DNA of 64,000 nucleotides from an uncultured delta proteobacterium (GCA_963850305.1 CAWKKR010000008.1:576001-640000), one strand, 5' to 3'. Shown: positions 29,072 through 38,498, counted from the stretch's first letter. Numbers and translations: made by a program. Notes: generated by a model not told the origin, from the letters alone.

Positions 29072-30170
29072 ATGACGCCGTTGCAGACTCCATATACGCA
29101 CCCGGCAGCAACCACGCTGATTCGCACGTCGTTCGTAGCTGCGCTCCTGCTGAGCGCAGGGTGCTCGAGCGGCGCATCATCGACCAAGGGTGGGACGCAC
29201 GATTCGGCAGGAACCGACGCGGGCGCCGCGGGAGGCGGGAGCGGGAGCGGGGGCGTTAGCAGTGCGGGCGGCAGCAACGACAGCGCGGACAGCAATGGCG
29301 GGAGCCGCAACGGCAGCGGGGGCAGCGGGGGCAGCGGGGAAGTTAGCAGCGGGGGCAGCAACGGCAGCGGGGGCAGCGGGGAAGTTAGCAGCGGGGGTAG
29401 CAACGGCAACGGGGGCAGCAACGGCAAGGTGGATGGTGGCGCACAGGGCAAGACTTGCAAGCGCGGCATCGCCGCGAACACGGCGCCCGGTGCGGCGTTC
29501 TCGCGGGAAGATCACCTGGTGGTACAATTGGGCAACTCAGGGAACCGGCGAAGGAGCCAGCATCGAGTTCACACCGATGATCTGGGGGACGGGGAGCCTG
29601 AACGCGAAGATCGAACCCGACTCGAAATTCCTGCTCACGTTCAACGAGCCGAACTTCATGTCGCAGTCCAATCTCACGCCGGCTCAGGCCGCAGCAGATT
29701 GGCCCCAGATCGAGGCACGGGCCGCCGAGCAGAACCTACCGATCGTGAGCCCGGCGATGAACTTCTGCGGCCCCGCCGCCCAGTGCAACGGCACGGACCC
29801 GTATCAGTATCTGAAAGACTTCTTCGCCGCGTGCACCGACTGCAAGGTCGATTACGTCGCGGTGCACTGGTACAATTGCGATCTCCCGTCGCTCGAGGAT
29901 TACCTCGAGCCCGGCGGGAATCTCGAGGGGTTCGAGCAGTTCGGCAAGCCCATCTGGCTCACCGAGTTCTCCTGTGACGGCAGCGCGTCGGTCGCGGACC
30001 AGGAAACGTACATGAAAGCTGCGGTCCCTTACCTGGAGGCAAGCCCGTTCGTGTATCGCTACTCGTGGTTCAGCGCGGATCCGATCCCGAACGCGAAGCT
30101 CATCAACGCGGACGGTTCGCCGACGGATCTCGGCAAGGTGTACGCGGGGCTTCCGCAGAGCTGCGACTGA
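29072..30170 (+). CDS. GH128-family (beta-1,3-glucanase-like) lipoprotein, frameshift near 29504
   Basis: SAGC lipobox, Gly/Ser linker, KRG..ITWWYNW, FTPMIWG, FNEP, AVHWY, KPIWLTEF, RYSWF. Confidence 0.85.
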
Positions 30171-30226
30171 GGTCCCTTCGCGCCCGCAGCCTTGGTTGCG
30201 CAACGTGAGCGGAAGGCGTGCGCTAA

Positions 30227-30763
30227 CTACACGCCGCCGGTGCCCATGTTCATGCCGCCGCCAGTGCCCATGTTCATGCCGCCGCCGGTGCCCATGTTCA
30301 TGCCGCCGCCAGTGCCCATGTTCATGCCGCCGCCAGTGCCCATGTTCATGCCGCCGCCAGTGCCCATGTTCATGCCGCCGCCGGTGCCCATGTTCATGCC
30401 GCCAGCGTCCATGCCGCCGTCGGTACAAGGCCCCATCATCATGTCCATCGATCCGTCGCTGAGCGAGGCCGCGCTGTTACAGGTCGTCATGCACGAATTG
30501 AGCTGCGACTGGCACTGCGACTCGATCCCGGTCTCCATGCCCGTCACGTGACAATCGTGCACCGCCCCGGGACTGCCGTCGTCCTTCGGCATGCAGGCCA
30601 TCGAAATCTGCTGGCACGCGGGCCCGAGCTCGCAAAAGCCCTTCATCGTGCCCGTGTCGTCGGCCGTCGTGTTCTTGCTGCTGTTGCTCGAACACGCGGA
30701 GCTCAGTGCGAGCGGGAGCACGAGGGCGATACAAGTAAAGATTCGGTTCGGCGCTTTCGACAT
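30227..30763 (-). CDS. Cys/Met-rich lipoprotein with (MNMGTGGG)7 tail
   Basis: AGGAG Shine-Dalgarno, SSAC lipobox, Cys-rich core, Met/Gly repeat C-terminus. Confidence 0.8.
   Translation of the reverse strand: MSKAPNRIFTCIALVLPLALSSACSSNSSKNTTADDTGTMKGFCELGPACQQISMACMPKDDGSPGAVHDCHVTGMETGIESQCQSQLNSCMTTCNSAASLSDGSMDMMMGPCTDGGMDAGGMNMGTGGGMNMGTGGGMNMGTGGGMNMGTGGGMNMGTGGGMNMGTGGGMNMGTGGV
30233..30403. repeat. 7 x 24-nt coding tandem repeat (GCCGCCGCCRGTGCCCATGTTCAT)
   Basis: GTGCCCATGTTCAT at 30240, 30264, 30288, 30312, 30336, 30360 and 30384. Confidence 0.95.
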
Positions 30764-31050
30764 GGCTCCTCGAAGGGTACGGGTGGAGAGGGTCATAAAC
30801 GAGGGAGAATATCTTTCCGGAGCTGACGCCATGTGTCCCTGTGGCATGTCGTCGCACCCAGTACTGTGGGCACATCCGGCGGCACATTGGTCGGCTCTTT
30901 TTCGACCCCGGGGGACCCACGGCAGAGTGACGAGCGGGGTCCGCGACTTCTGCTTGAAACACGGGGGCTGACGGAGACGTCCCCGTCGCAGGCAGAGGGT
31001 GGGAAAAGGCCTCGATTTTGCTCGCTGGCGGGTGCCGAACGAGTGCGTGG

Positions 31051-31521
31051 TCACTGGCCCATACCTGATTCCGAACCCCCCGCGCCGTACAGGTACGGCG
31101 CGAGATGCGGCGTCGCCTCTTCCGTCAGGAAATCCGTAACCACCCGCGTGCCAGCGGCCGAGAGCAGCGCTACACCTCGGCCCTGGTTCTTCGGGTGCGG
31201 ATCGATGAGAGCGATGTAGACAGCGCCAATCCGCCGCGCGATGAGTGCCTTCGCACACGACGGCGTGCGCTGATGAAAAGCGCAGGGTTCCAGGGTCACG
31301 AACGCGATCACATCGTCGAGATCGCCGTCCATTTGCGCGAGCGCGAACGGCTCGGCGTGCGGCTGATAGGGGGGCTGAGTGAAGCCTCTCGCGACGATCG
31401 CGTCACCGCGAACCAGGACGCAGCCCACCGGGGGATTTGGCCGGCACGCGGGCAGTGCCTTCTGCCCTTCGGCGATCGCTTCACGCATGAAATAACGGAG
31501 GCGTTCATCGGGCACGGTCAC
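31051..31521 (-). CDS. Stand-alone RibD-like Zn-dependent deaminase domain
   Basis: PNPPVGCVLV, PHAE, VTLEPC..RTPSC, DPHP; no reductase domain. Confidence 0.85.
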   Translation of the reverse strand: MTVPDERLRYFMREAIAEGQKALPACRPNPPVGCVLVRGDAIVARGFTQPPYQPHAEPFALAQMDGDLDDVIAFVTLEPCAFHQRTPSCAKALIARRIGAVYIALIDPHPKNQGRGVALLSAAGTRVVTDFLTEEATPHLAPYLYGAGGSESGMGQ

Positions 31522-31729
31522 GATCGCGAACTTAGACCCAGCGCCCGACTGGGTCGATCATGGGAGCAGGCATCGCCGGGGTGGCACCGGTCGGATTCCC
31601 CCCGGGCGCGGCGCGGCTGCGCGGCGCGGCCTTGGGGGGAATCGGCCGAGCGCGCCCGGGCGCGAGGACGATGGGGGGCATCGCCAGAGAAAGAAGCTTC
31701 GTCTCTGGATCTCGCGCGGCGAGCGAATC

Positions 31730-32221
31730 TCACGGAATGACGCAGATGAAATTCGTGCACACGGCGGCGCCGCAGCCTTCGAGCAGGCAATCGAAGACCG
31801 GGTCGATGCAGATCTTTTGCGCGCACTCGGCCTTCAGCGTCTGTCCTGCATCAGGCGATGACATGGTGCCGCCCCCAGCGCCGAAGGAGGGCAGCCCACC
31901 GAGGCCGAGCCCCCCTGCTCCCGTCGCGTAGCCGCCGCTGCCGGTGGAGTAACCGCCGCTGCCGGTGGGGTAACCGCCGCTGCCGGTGGAGTAGCCGCCA
32001 GTGCCATTGTCATAGCCGGCAGAACCCATCTGCTCGCCGCCGGTTCCGTTCATCGCCCCGCCGGAGTCCGAGGGACCACCGCCTGAAGTCGTGTTGGGCC
32101 CCTGGGCGGCGCCGCTGTCATTCAGATAGCCCGCGAGCGACTGGTTTTCCGGGGACGCGCAGGCCGCAGCCATGCACGCGATCGTGGCGAGGAGTGCCCC
32201 ATGGCGAATCGAGCGGACCAT
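31730..32221 (-). CDS. Gly-rich lipoprotein with C-terminal Cys cluster
   Basis: AAAC lipobox, GGY(S/P)TGS repeats (21-nt units at 31928-32005), six C-terminal Cys. Confidence 0.75.
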   Translation of the reverse strand: MVRSIRHGALLATIACMAAACASPENQSLAGYLNDSGAAQGPNTTSGGGPSDSGGAMNGTGGEQMGSAGYDNGTGGYSTGSGGYPTGSGGYSTGSGGYATGAGGLGLGGLPSFGAGGGTMSSPDAGQTLKAECAQKICIDPVFDCLLEGCGAAVCTNFICVIP

Positions 32222-32296
32222 GCCCTCTACTCGCTCCGCGAGCGAGCGCCGAGGAGGACCCGACGGGCCAACATAGGGGACTTTTCCGGCCAGAGG

Positions 32297-32653
32297 CTAA
32301 GTCGTCGGAAATGGCTCTCGCGTGGCGTCCTTGACATTCGACTCGTCGGTCCCGGACGCGAACTCGGTTGCGGCGGCGGTTTCGATGAACGGACCCCCAT
32401 CTTCCTCGATGAGCTTCCGATCGAGAACGTCCTGTCCCTCGTTTTGGGCACTGGTCACGGTCTCGATGAACTCTTCCCCGAACTCGGCGGCGTCGTCATC
32501 TCGACCGTCCGCGGACTTCAGGAACGGAACGGCATCCGCGCTGCGCAACTCGCGACCGTGCGCGAGAAGCTCGGCAGCGTACTCGGGCGAGATGTGGCCC
32601 GCACCGTCACGTCGTCGAAGTTGCGGGGCTCGCGAAGGCTTCTTGGAATTCAT
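32297..32653 (-). CDS. Small acidic hypothetical protein
   Basis: RRRDGAGH..P.YAA.L ... EEDGGPFIET..EFA.GTDESN..ATREPFPT; GAGG Shine-Dalgarno. Confidence 0.7.
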   Translation of the reverse strand: MNSKKPSRAPQLRRRDGAGHISPEYAAELLAHGRELRSADAVPFLKSADGRDDDAAEFGEEFIETVTSAQNEGQDVLDRKLIEEDGGPFIETAAATEFASGTDESNVKDATREPFPTT

Positions 32654-32765
32654 GTCGATTGACCTCGGTTCAGATGTAGCACGCGGTAAAGCGTGAAGCC
32701 TTAAGTCCGTCCGTCGCCGAGCAGGAGTGCTCGGACGACGGAATGATGCCACCATCCAGGTCTTC

Positions 32766-34049
32766 ATGGCGGATGCCTTTCACGCCTATCCCGCCGAACT
32801 CGCGAAGTATGCGCGAGAACGCTGGCCTCCCTCCGCGGTCAGCGCGTGTCCGCCGCCGACCGTGCTCGAAGAACTACTGTCCACAGCGTACCACGCGTCG
32901 CTTCTCCGAGAAGAGGAGCGACCCGTGAATTGTCGCGTGCTCTTCCTCGAATCCGGCGAGTTGCCGGAGACGGGGGGTCCACCGACGGGCCTCCACAGAT
33001 TGGTCTTCGATCGCCCTCGGCCCTACACGGACCACGAACTCAGACGCCTTTCCCCGGCGGCGAAGTACCCGCGCGCGCTCATAGGCGTCCACCTCGGACC
33101 GGCCGGAAAATTGGAAATCTGGGGCATCGTGCAATCCGGGCCACGCTGGATGCTCGAGGCACTGGGGGCCCGGACCAGCGCCGCGCCGTTGCCCCGTGTC
33201 CCGGTCGCGCGAATCAGCGGCCCGGGACGGATCGCGCTCGCCTGCGGCTCCCAGACGATCGCGGAGCTCCGGGGAGGCCGACTGACCGACGTCTCCATGG
33301 ATGTGTTCGCATCCGACTGGTTGTCGAAGCGATTCGCGGATTTGCGACGCGAGCTCACCGAGCTTCACGCGGAGGCCGAGCGGAGCGAAGGGGCGCGGTG
33401 GGCCAAACTCGAGCACGACGTGCTGCGTCTCGTATCGCAGCACGTCCTGAAACGGCTCATCGCGACGATCCGGTCCGCGCATCACGGAGGCGCCGTGCTG
33501 TTGCTACCAGCAGCCTGCATCGCCGGGATGGGCGAGGGTCGATTCGTACAGCTGAAATACGCGTTCCGCGACGAGGAACCACGGCGACGGTACCGGACGC
33601 TCGCGCTCCAGATCATGCGAACGCTCGCCGAAGGAACCGACCCCGACGGGGCGCCCGTCGGATGGGACGCCTATCGTACGTCGCAGAAGCTGGCGGACCT
33701 CGACGAAGCCCTGGTCGAGATCTCACACCTCTTCGCGGCGCTCGCCGACGTGGACGGCGCGGTCGTCGTGTCGGAAGATCTCGAGTTTCTTGGGTTCGGC
33801 GGGGAGATCACCGGCGATCTGCCGCACGTCGACATCGTCGAGCGCGCCCTCGATCTCGAAGGAGGTACGCGCGTGCCCGAAGTGGTCGACTCGGAGGGCA
33901 CGCGGCACCGTTCCGCATACCGTCTATGTGCCCGCTTCCACGACGCGCTGGCGCTCGTCGTGTCCCAGGACGGCGCGGTCCGTTTCATCGCATGGCACGA
34001 GGGCGCCGTCACGTATTGGGACCATGGGGCGCTGGGGGCCGAAGCCTGA
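32766..34049 (+). CDS. Second DAC-like protein with N-terminal DACNV-type domain
   Basis: AYHASLLREEER, HHGGAVLLL, DVDGAVVV, EGTRHRSAY, VVSQDG. Confidence 0.8.
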   Translation: MADAFHAYPAELAKYARERWPPSAVSACPPPTVLEELLSTAYHASLLREEERPVNCRVLFLESGELPETGGPPTGLHRLVFDRPRPYTDHELRRLSPAAKYPRALIGVHLGPAGKLEIWGIVQSGPRWMLEALGARTSAAPLPRVPVARISGPGRIALACGSQTIAELRGGRLTDVSMDVFASDWLSKRFADLRRELTELHAEAERSEGARWAKLEHDVLRLVSQHVLKRLIATIRSAHHGGAVLLLPAACIAGMGEGRFVQLKYAFRDEEPRRRYRTLALQIMRTLAEGTDPDGAPVGWDAYRTSQKLADLDEALVEISHLFAALADVDGAVVVSEDLEFLGFGGEITGDLPHVDIVERALDLEGGTRVPEVVDSEGTRHRSAYRLCARFHDALALVVSQDGAVRFIAWHEGAVTYWDHGALGAEA

Positions 34050-34149
34050 TTGTGCTCGGAATCCGTCCGCGAACATGAGAAAAAGGGCGGTCGCGGGCAA
34101 GCCAGGCGCGCTGGGAAACGTTCGCGTCGCAACCAAGGAGACACTCATC

Positions 34150-34752
34150 ATGGCAATTCTTCGCTTCGCTTTTGCAATAGGGGTGATCGGTGCCGTCGCC
34201 TCGTCCGCATGCAGCAGTAGCAGCGGCGGCTCGGGAACCTTCTCGAGCGGGCTTCCGTCCAGCGACACCCTGAGCGGTCTCAGCGACTCGGACATCCAGA
34301 AGCTCTGCGGTGAAATAAGTTCGTTCACGGACTCCTACGCGTCCAATACCGGGGCATGTAACATCGCCGGCTACGCGGCTGCGGCTTTCAGCAAGCAACT
34401 TGGCGGGACGACCGACACGACCACCCTGCGGCAACTGTGCTCCGCGGCAGTCTCGCAATGCCAGGCCCAGAGCGGGCACATCGACGCCGGCGTCTCGGCG
34501 TCGACGTGCCAGAAGCCGTCTTCGACTTGCACGGCCACCGTCGGAGACCTCGAGGCGTGCTTGAACGATGCGAAGACCGCCGCACAGAAGGAGTACGCGG
34601 GTATCCCATCCTGCTCGACCCTCACGGCGGCCGATTTGAGTTTGACGGACGGCAGCCTCTCGGTCGGCACGGCGAGCGAACCCGCGTCGTGCGCGACGCT
34701 CAATCAAAAATGTCCGGACTTCGCGAGCGGGTCCAACAGCGGTAGCCCGTGA
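34150..34752 (+). CDS. Cys-rich lipoprotein
   Basis: AAGGAG Shine-Dalgarno, SSAC lipobox, about 10 Cys. Confidence 0.75.
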   Translation: MAILRFAFAIGVIGAVASSACSSSSGGSGTFSSGLPSSDTLSGLSDSDIQKLCGEISSFTDSYASNTGACNIAGYAAAAFSKQLGGTTDTTTLRQLCSAAVSQCQAQSGHIDAGVSASTCQKPSSTCTATVGDLEACLNDAKTAAQKEYAGIPSCSTLTAADLSLTDGSLSVGTASEPASCATLNQKCPDFASGSNSGSP

Positions 34753-34788
34753 ATCGCGGGAGTCATCGGAACCGGGGAAGCGCATCTG

Positions 34789-35199
34789 ATGTCGGACGAC
34801 AACTCGCACTCACCTTCGGACGAAGCCGCGGAAGAACCGCCCCCGTCCTCCGCGAGCCGGAGACGGGACACGAGGTTCCAGGTGGAAGCGTCCATCACGC
34901 TGGAGAGCGAACACAATCTCTACGCCGGATTCGTCGAGAATCTGTCCGTCTCCGGGGTCTTCATCGCAACCCATTCCTTGCGCAGGATCGGGGAGCAAGT
35001 GGAGTTCTCTCTCCGTCTGGGTGAACGAGAAGACACCATCGCGGGGGTCGCGGAGGTCCGCTGGATCAGGGAATATTCGGAGACGAGCGACTCACCTCCG
35101 GGCATGGGTCTGCGTTTCGTCGAACTGGACGCCAACAGCCAGGCGCACCTGGAAACGTTCATTCGCTCGCGCGAGCCGCTATTCTTCGACGACGACTGA
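34789..35199 (+). CDS. PilZ-domain protein (myxobacterial TIGR02266 type)
   Basis: RRDTR (RxxxR), NLSVSG, GVFIAT, VRWIR, PGMGLRF, REPLFFDD. Confidence 0.9.
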   Translation: MSDDNSHSPSDEAAEEPPPSSASRRRDTRFQVEASITLESEHNLYAGFVENLSVSGVFIATHSLRRIGEQVEFSLRLGEREDTIAGVAEVRWIREYSETSDSPPGMGLRFVELDANSQAHLETFIRSREPLFFDDD

Positions 35200-35364
35200 C
35201 CGGCGGAGCCGAGTTCACGGAATTTTTCCGAGGGCGATCCTGAAATTCGCACTCAACGACCTCAATTTCGTCTCGTGTCGGTTGAAATTGGGCAAAGTGA
35301 TGTATCTAATGTGATCACACGCGGTGCGGAGACGTCCGCAACCAGCCAAAAAGGATCGAGAGAA

Positions 35365-35865
35365 ATGCCCAAGACCCCCGCGAAGGCGAACAAAAGCGCT
35401 TTCATCCGCAGTCTGCCGGCCGACATGCCTGCGGTAGACGTCGTGGCCAAAGCCAAGGCTGCGAATCTGAAACTCACGCCGGCATTCGTCTACGCGATAC
35501 GTAGCAAGTCCCGGAAGCATGGGGCCGGAGGTTCCGACGGCACGCCCGCAAAGCGCGGCCGCAAGCCCGCGTCGGGAAAGCCCACGGCGAGTGAGTTCGT
35601 TCGATCCCAGCCGGTGACCCTCAAGGCAAGCGAAGTGGTCGCCGCCGGGGCGAAAGCGGGACTGACATTTTCGACGAACCTCGTCTACGCGGTGCGGTCC
35701 AGCGGCGGCGGTCGCAAGGGTGGCGCGCGCGGCAAATCGTCAGGAACCTCCGGCGCGCTCGAGATGACATTGCGGCGCGCGGCACTCGATCTGGGAATCG
35801 GCCGCGCCCGTCAGGTCATCGATGACCTGGAGCGCAGGCTCCGCGATCTCATTGGCGCTGGCTAG
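35365..35865 (+). CDS. Basic protein with duplicated helical domain, putative DNA-binding
   Basis: Two similar ~40-aa units flanking KRGRKP; C-terminal LGIGRA...L helix. Confidence 0.75.
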   Translation: MPKTPAKANKSAFIRSLPADMPAVDVVAKAKAANLKLTPAFVYAIRSKSRKHGAGGSDGTPAKRGRKPASGKPTASEFVRSQPVTLKASEVVAAGAKAGLTFSTNLVYAVRSSGGGRKGGARGKSSGTSGALEMTLRRAALDLGIGRARQVIDDLERRLRDLIGAG

Positions 35866-35923
35866 TTCCGAAGAACGCACGTCGGCGGGATGCCTTTCCC
35901 CGCCGACGATGCCGGCGGCTTGT

Positions 35924-36352
35924 TCAGGCGACAGCTGGAGCGCGAGCGCCGTCCGCCTTCCGGTGCGGCTGAGAGGTCCCGATCGCATCGGTGAGCGTGT
36001 TCGTCGCGAGATCGGTGACGCCGTGGCCCGTGCGCCGCAGCATACGTGTGACCACCATGGCGGTTGCTTCTCCTCGCCCGAGCACCTCTGCGGAGATCCG
36101 ATCTAGACGGTCCACGACCTTTCGGGCGTACCGGAAACCGCCGACGCCCATCTCCTCGGCGAACGTCAGGGTGGCATCGACGCGACGCCGAATCTCGACG
36201 CGGGAGTCCTGGACGATGCCGAAACCGAAGCCCCAGCTCGCTTCGGTCATTCCTATTGCTAGCTGCCACCACGATCCGACTACCCCATGCTCGCTGTCCG
36301 CCACGATCTTGGAGCGGTCATGCGGCTCTGCTTCGATGTTCTGGATGGTCAT
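35924..36352 (-). CDS. Hypothetical amphipathic helical protein (phasin-like)
   Basis: GAAGGAG Shine-Dalgarno; all-helical amphipathic pattern. Confidence 0.6.
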   Translation of the reverse strand: MTIQNIEAEPHDRSKIVADSEHGVVGSWWQLAIGMTEASWGFGFGIVQDSRVEIRRRVDATLTFAEEMGVGGFRYARKVVDRLDRISAEVLGRGEATAMVVTRMLRRTGHGVTDLATNTLTDAIGTSQPHRKADGARAPAVA

Positions 36353-36585
36353 CAGGCCCTCTCCTTCACGACGAGTCGCGGACGCCCATTTGCCCCGCGC
36401 GACGTCGTCGGACGAGCCTTCCATCTGTCAGCGCGCCCGTAAAGACAGATAATTGCGGCGCGACTGAACCGATCAGCCGGACAGGGTGCCGACCCGGCAA
36501 TGGCTCAGCCTCACCGCAAGGTTTGCAGCAGGCGGGCCTGCGACGTCCCCCAAGGCGAACCCCGTTCGCGAAGCGAAGGCGGCGG

Positions 36586-37767
36586 TCACTCCGCCGCGTG
36601 AACGCGCTCGACCCGAGGTGGCGGTTGAATCACGCCCTGCCGGTCGCCGAACACCGCGGGCTTCCGGCCAATCCAGCGGAAGCGGTCGAATGCATCGAGA
36701 TTCTTGTTCAGCACGACCTGGAAGCATGCGGCGTTGCCCTGCATGCCGATGATGACCGACCACGCGAGGAACAGATGCCAGATGCGGAACCAGCGCTCAC
36801 CGTAGGCGGCGACGACGGCGTCCTTATTGCTGAGCCAGTTGTCGTGCCAGCGCTTGATTGTCCAGCTGTAGTGAGGACTGATGTTCTCCACGCTGTGTGT
36901 CTCCCAGCCCGCCTTCTCCATCGCCGTCAGCATGCCCGACGGGGCGAGACTCGCGTCCGCACCGGGGAAAATGTACTTGTTCATGAAGAGACCCCAGATG
37001 AGGTCTTCCGGGCGAAGACCGCGGCGCAGGCCGGTCCACTGGAGCAAAAAGAGCCCGTCGTCAGTGAGCAGATCGCGCACCTGCTCATAGAACGAAACCA
37101 GGTTCTTCACTCCGACGTGCTCCACCATCTCGAGACTCGAGATGCGGTCGTATTTCGTCTGAGGGATGTCGCGATAATCTTTACAGAGGATGCGGGCGCG
37201 ATCCTGGACGCCCCACTCCCGTGCGCGCTCGTTACCGAACTCCGCTTGATTCTGCGCGATCGTCACGCCCGTCGCGTCGGCACCGTAGTAACGCGCGGAG
37301 TGGCACGCGAGGGTGCCCCAGCCGCAGCCGATATCCAGCATCCGATGTCCGGCCTCGAGTTGCAGCTTTTGACACACGAGGTTCAGTTTGTTGTCCTGCG
37401 CCTGCTCGAGCGTCTCGTCCGGATTGGTGAAGAACCCCGACGTGTAGATCATTCGCTCCCCGAGGAACCAACCGAAGAAGTCATTGCCGCGATCGTAGTG
37501 TTCGCGGACGATGCGCTCGTCTTGCTTCTTCGAGTGGATCGCAACCTCGGGGACGAAGTTCGTCACCATCCACTTGAGGTGCTTCGGCGTGAGCGTGTAC
37601 TTTACGAAGAGGTCACGATCCTTGAGGAGCGCGTAGATGTCGCCCGGGATGTCGATGGCCCCGTCGAAGTACGCCTCGTACAGAGTCGCCATCGGAATGC
37701 GCGCGTGCGCGTACTTCCGCGCGAGCTTCTTGTCGTTGAACACCACGTAGTCGGACAGGCTCTTCAT
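36586..37767 (-). CDS. SAM-dependent lipid methyltransferase (CFA-synthase superfamily; sphingolipid C9-methyltransferase-like)
   Basis: HYDRGNDFF.WFLG.RMIYTSG, LDIGCGWG, EMVEHVG, EDLIWGLFMNKYIFPGADAS. Confidence 0.85.
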   Translation of the reverse strand: MKSLSDYVVFNDKKLARKYAHARIPMATLYEAYFDGAIDIPGDIYALLKDRDLFVKYTLTPKHLKWMVTNFVPEVAIHSKKQDERIVREHYDRGNDFFGWFLGERMIYTSGFFTNPDETLEQAQDNKLNLVCQKLQLEAGHRMLDIGCGWGTLACHSARYYGADATGVTIAQNQAEFGNERAREWGVQDRARILCKDYRDIPQTKYDRISSLEMVEHVGVKNLVSFYEQVRDLLTDDGLFLLQWTGLRRGLRPEDLIWGLFMNKYIFPGADASLAPSGMLTAMEKAGWETHSVENISPHYSWTIKRWHDNWLSNKDAVVAAYGERWFRIWHLFLAWSVIIGMQGNAACFQVVLNKNLDAFDRFRWIGRKPAVFGDRQGVIQPPPRVERVHAAE

Positions 37768-38035
37768 CTCTGACCTTTCGATTCCCTCGGATCCAGGGCC
37801 CAAGAGCCCAACATGCTTTTGTGACGAGAAGGTAGGGAATTCGACTCGACACGCACGTCGACGATAGATTGTCGGCCCGAAAATCCGGGCTGCGTAGCAG
37901 GCTATGCACCACGGCGCACCGACAGCAACGCTCTCCCTTGGACACGCATTCTCTCCGGTGAAGGAGAGCTCAGCGGAACATCCGATGAATCGACCACAAG
38001 CCGATGGATTCTTTGAGCGATCTACATTTCGTATT

Positions 38036-38437
38036 GTGCGGATCAGCGTGGTCGCGCTGGCATGTGCGGTCGGCGCGCCGACCGCGCATGCCGAGCCGCG
38101 CGAGGTGAAGATCACGAACATCGGCCTGCACGTCGGCGGTGGGCCGAACGACGCTCGGACCAAGCTGCCCTTTTTGCGCGCCATCGCAGCCCGGTTCGAT
38201 GACTTTCGAGCGTGCTACGACCGTTTCGCGGGCGGCGCGCACGGCACGTTCGGCGTGGACCTGCTCGTTCCGCGCGGGGGCGGGCACCCCTCCACATCGA
38301 ATCCGCGCACGGCGATGTCGGGACCGGATTTCCGAGCGTGCGTGGTGAAAGCGTTCGAGGCAGTCGTGTTCGAACGCCCCGCGCGCGGAACGACGAAGCT
38401 CAGCTACGCGCTGGATTTCGAGCGAAGTTCGCACTGA
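38036..38437 (+). CDS. Secreted AgmX/PglI-C (TonB-C-like) domain protein
   Basis: Signal peptide ending AHA, FRACY...GTFGVDL...CV..AF..V.F; GTG 7 nt after TACATT. Confidence 0.65.
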   Translation: MRISVVALACAVGAPTAHAEPREVKITNIGLHVGGGPNDARTKLPFLRAIAARFDDFRACYDRFAGGAHGTFGVDLLVPRGGGHPSTSNPRTAMSGPDFRACVVKAFEAVVFERPARGTTKLSYALDFERSSH

Positions 38438-38498
38438 CCCCGGACGTCGTATTCGAAGTCGACCGCGAGTGACTGCAAATCAGGCTATGGTTCCATCC

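Noticed and set aside
30233..30403. CRISPR or non-coding repeat
   Set aside because: In-frame coding repeat of a lipoprotein with synonymous variation and no spacers.
31594..31643. GATTCCCCCC...GGGGGGAATC inverted repeat as a MITE or sRNA
   Set aside because: Single copy in the window with no target duplication; more likely a REP-like or terminator hairpin.
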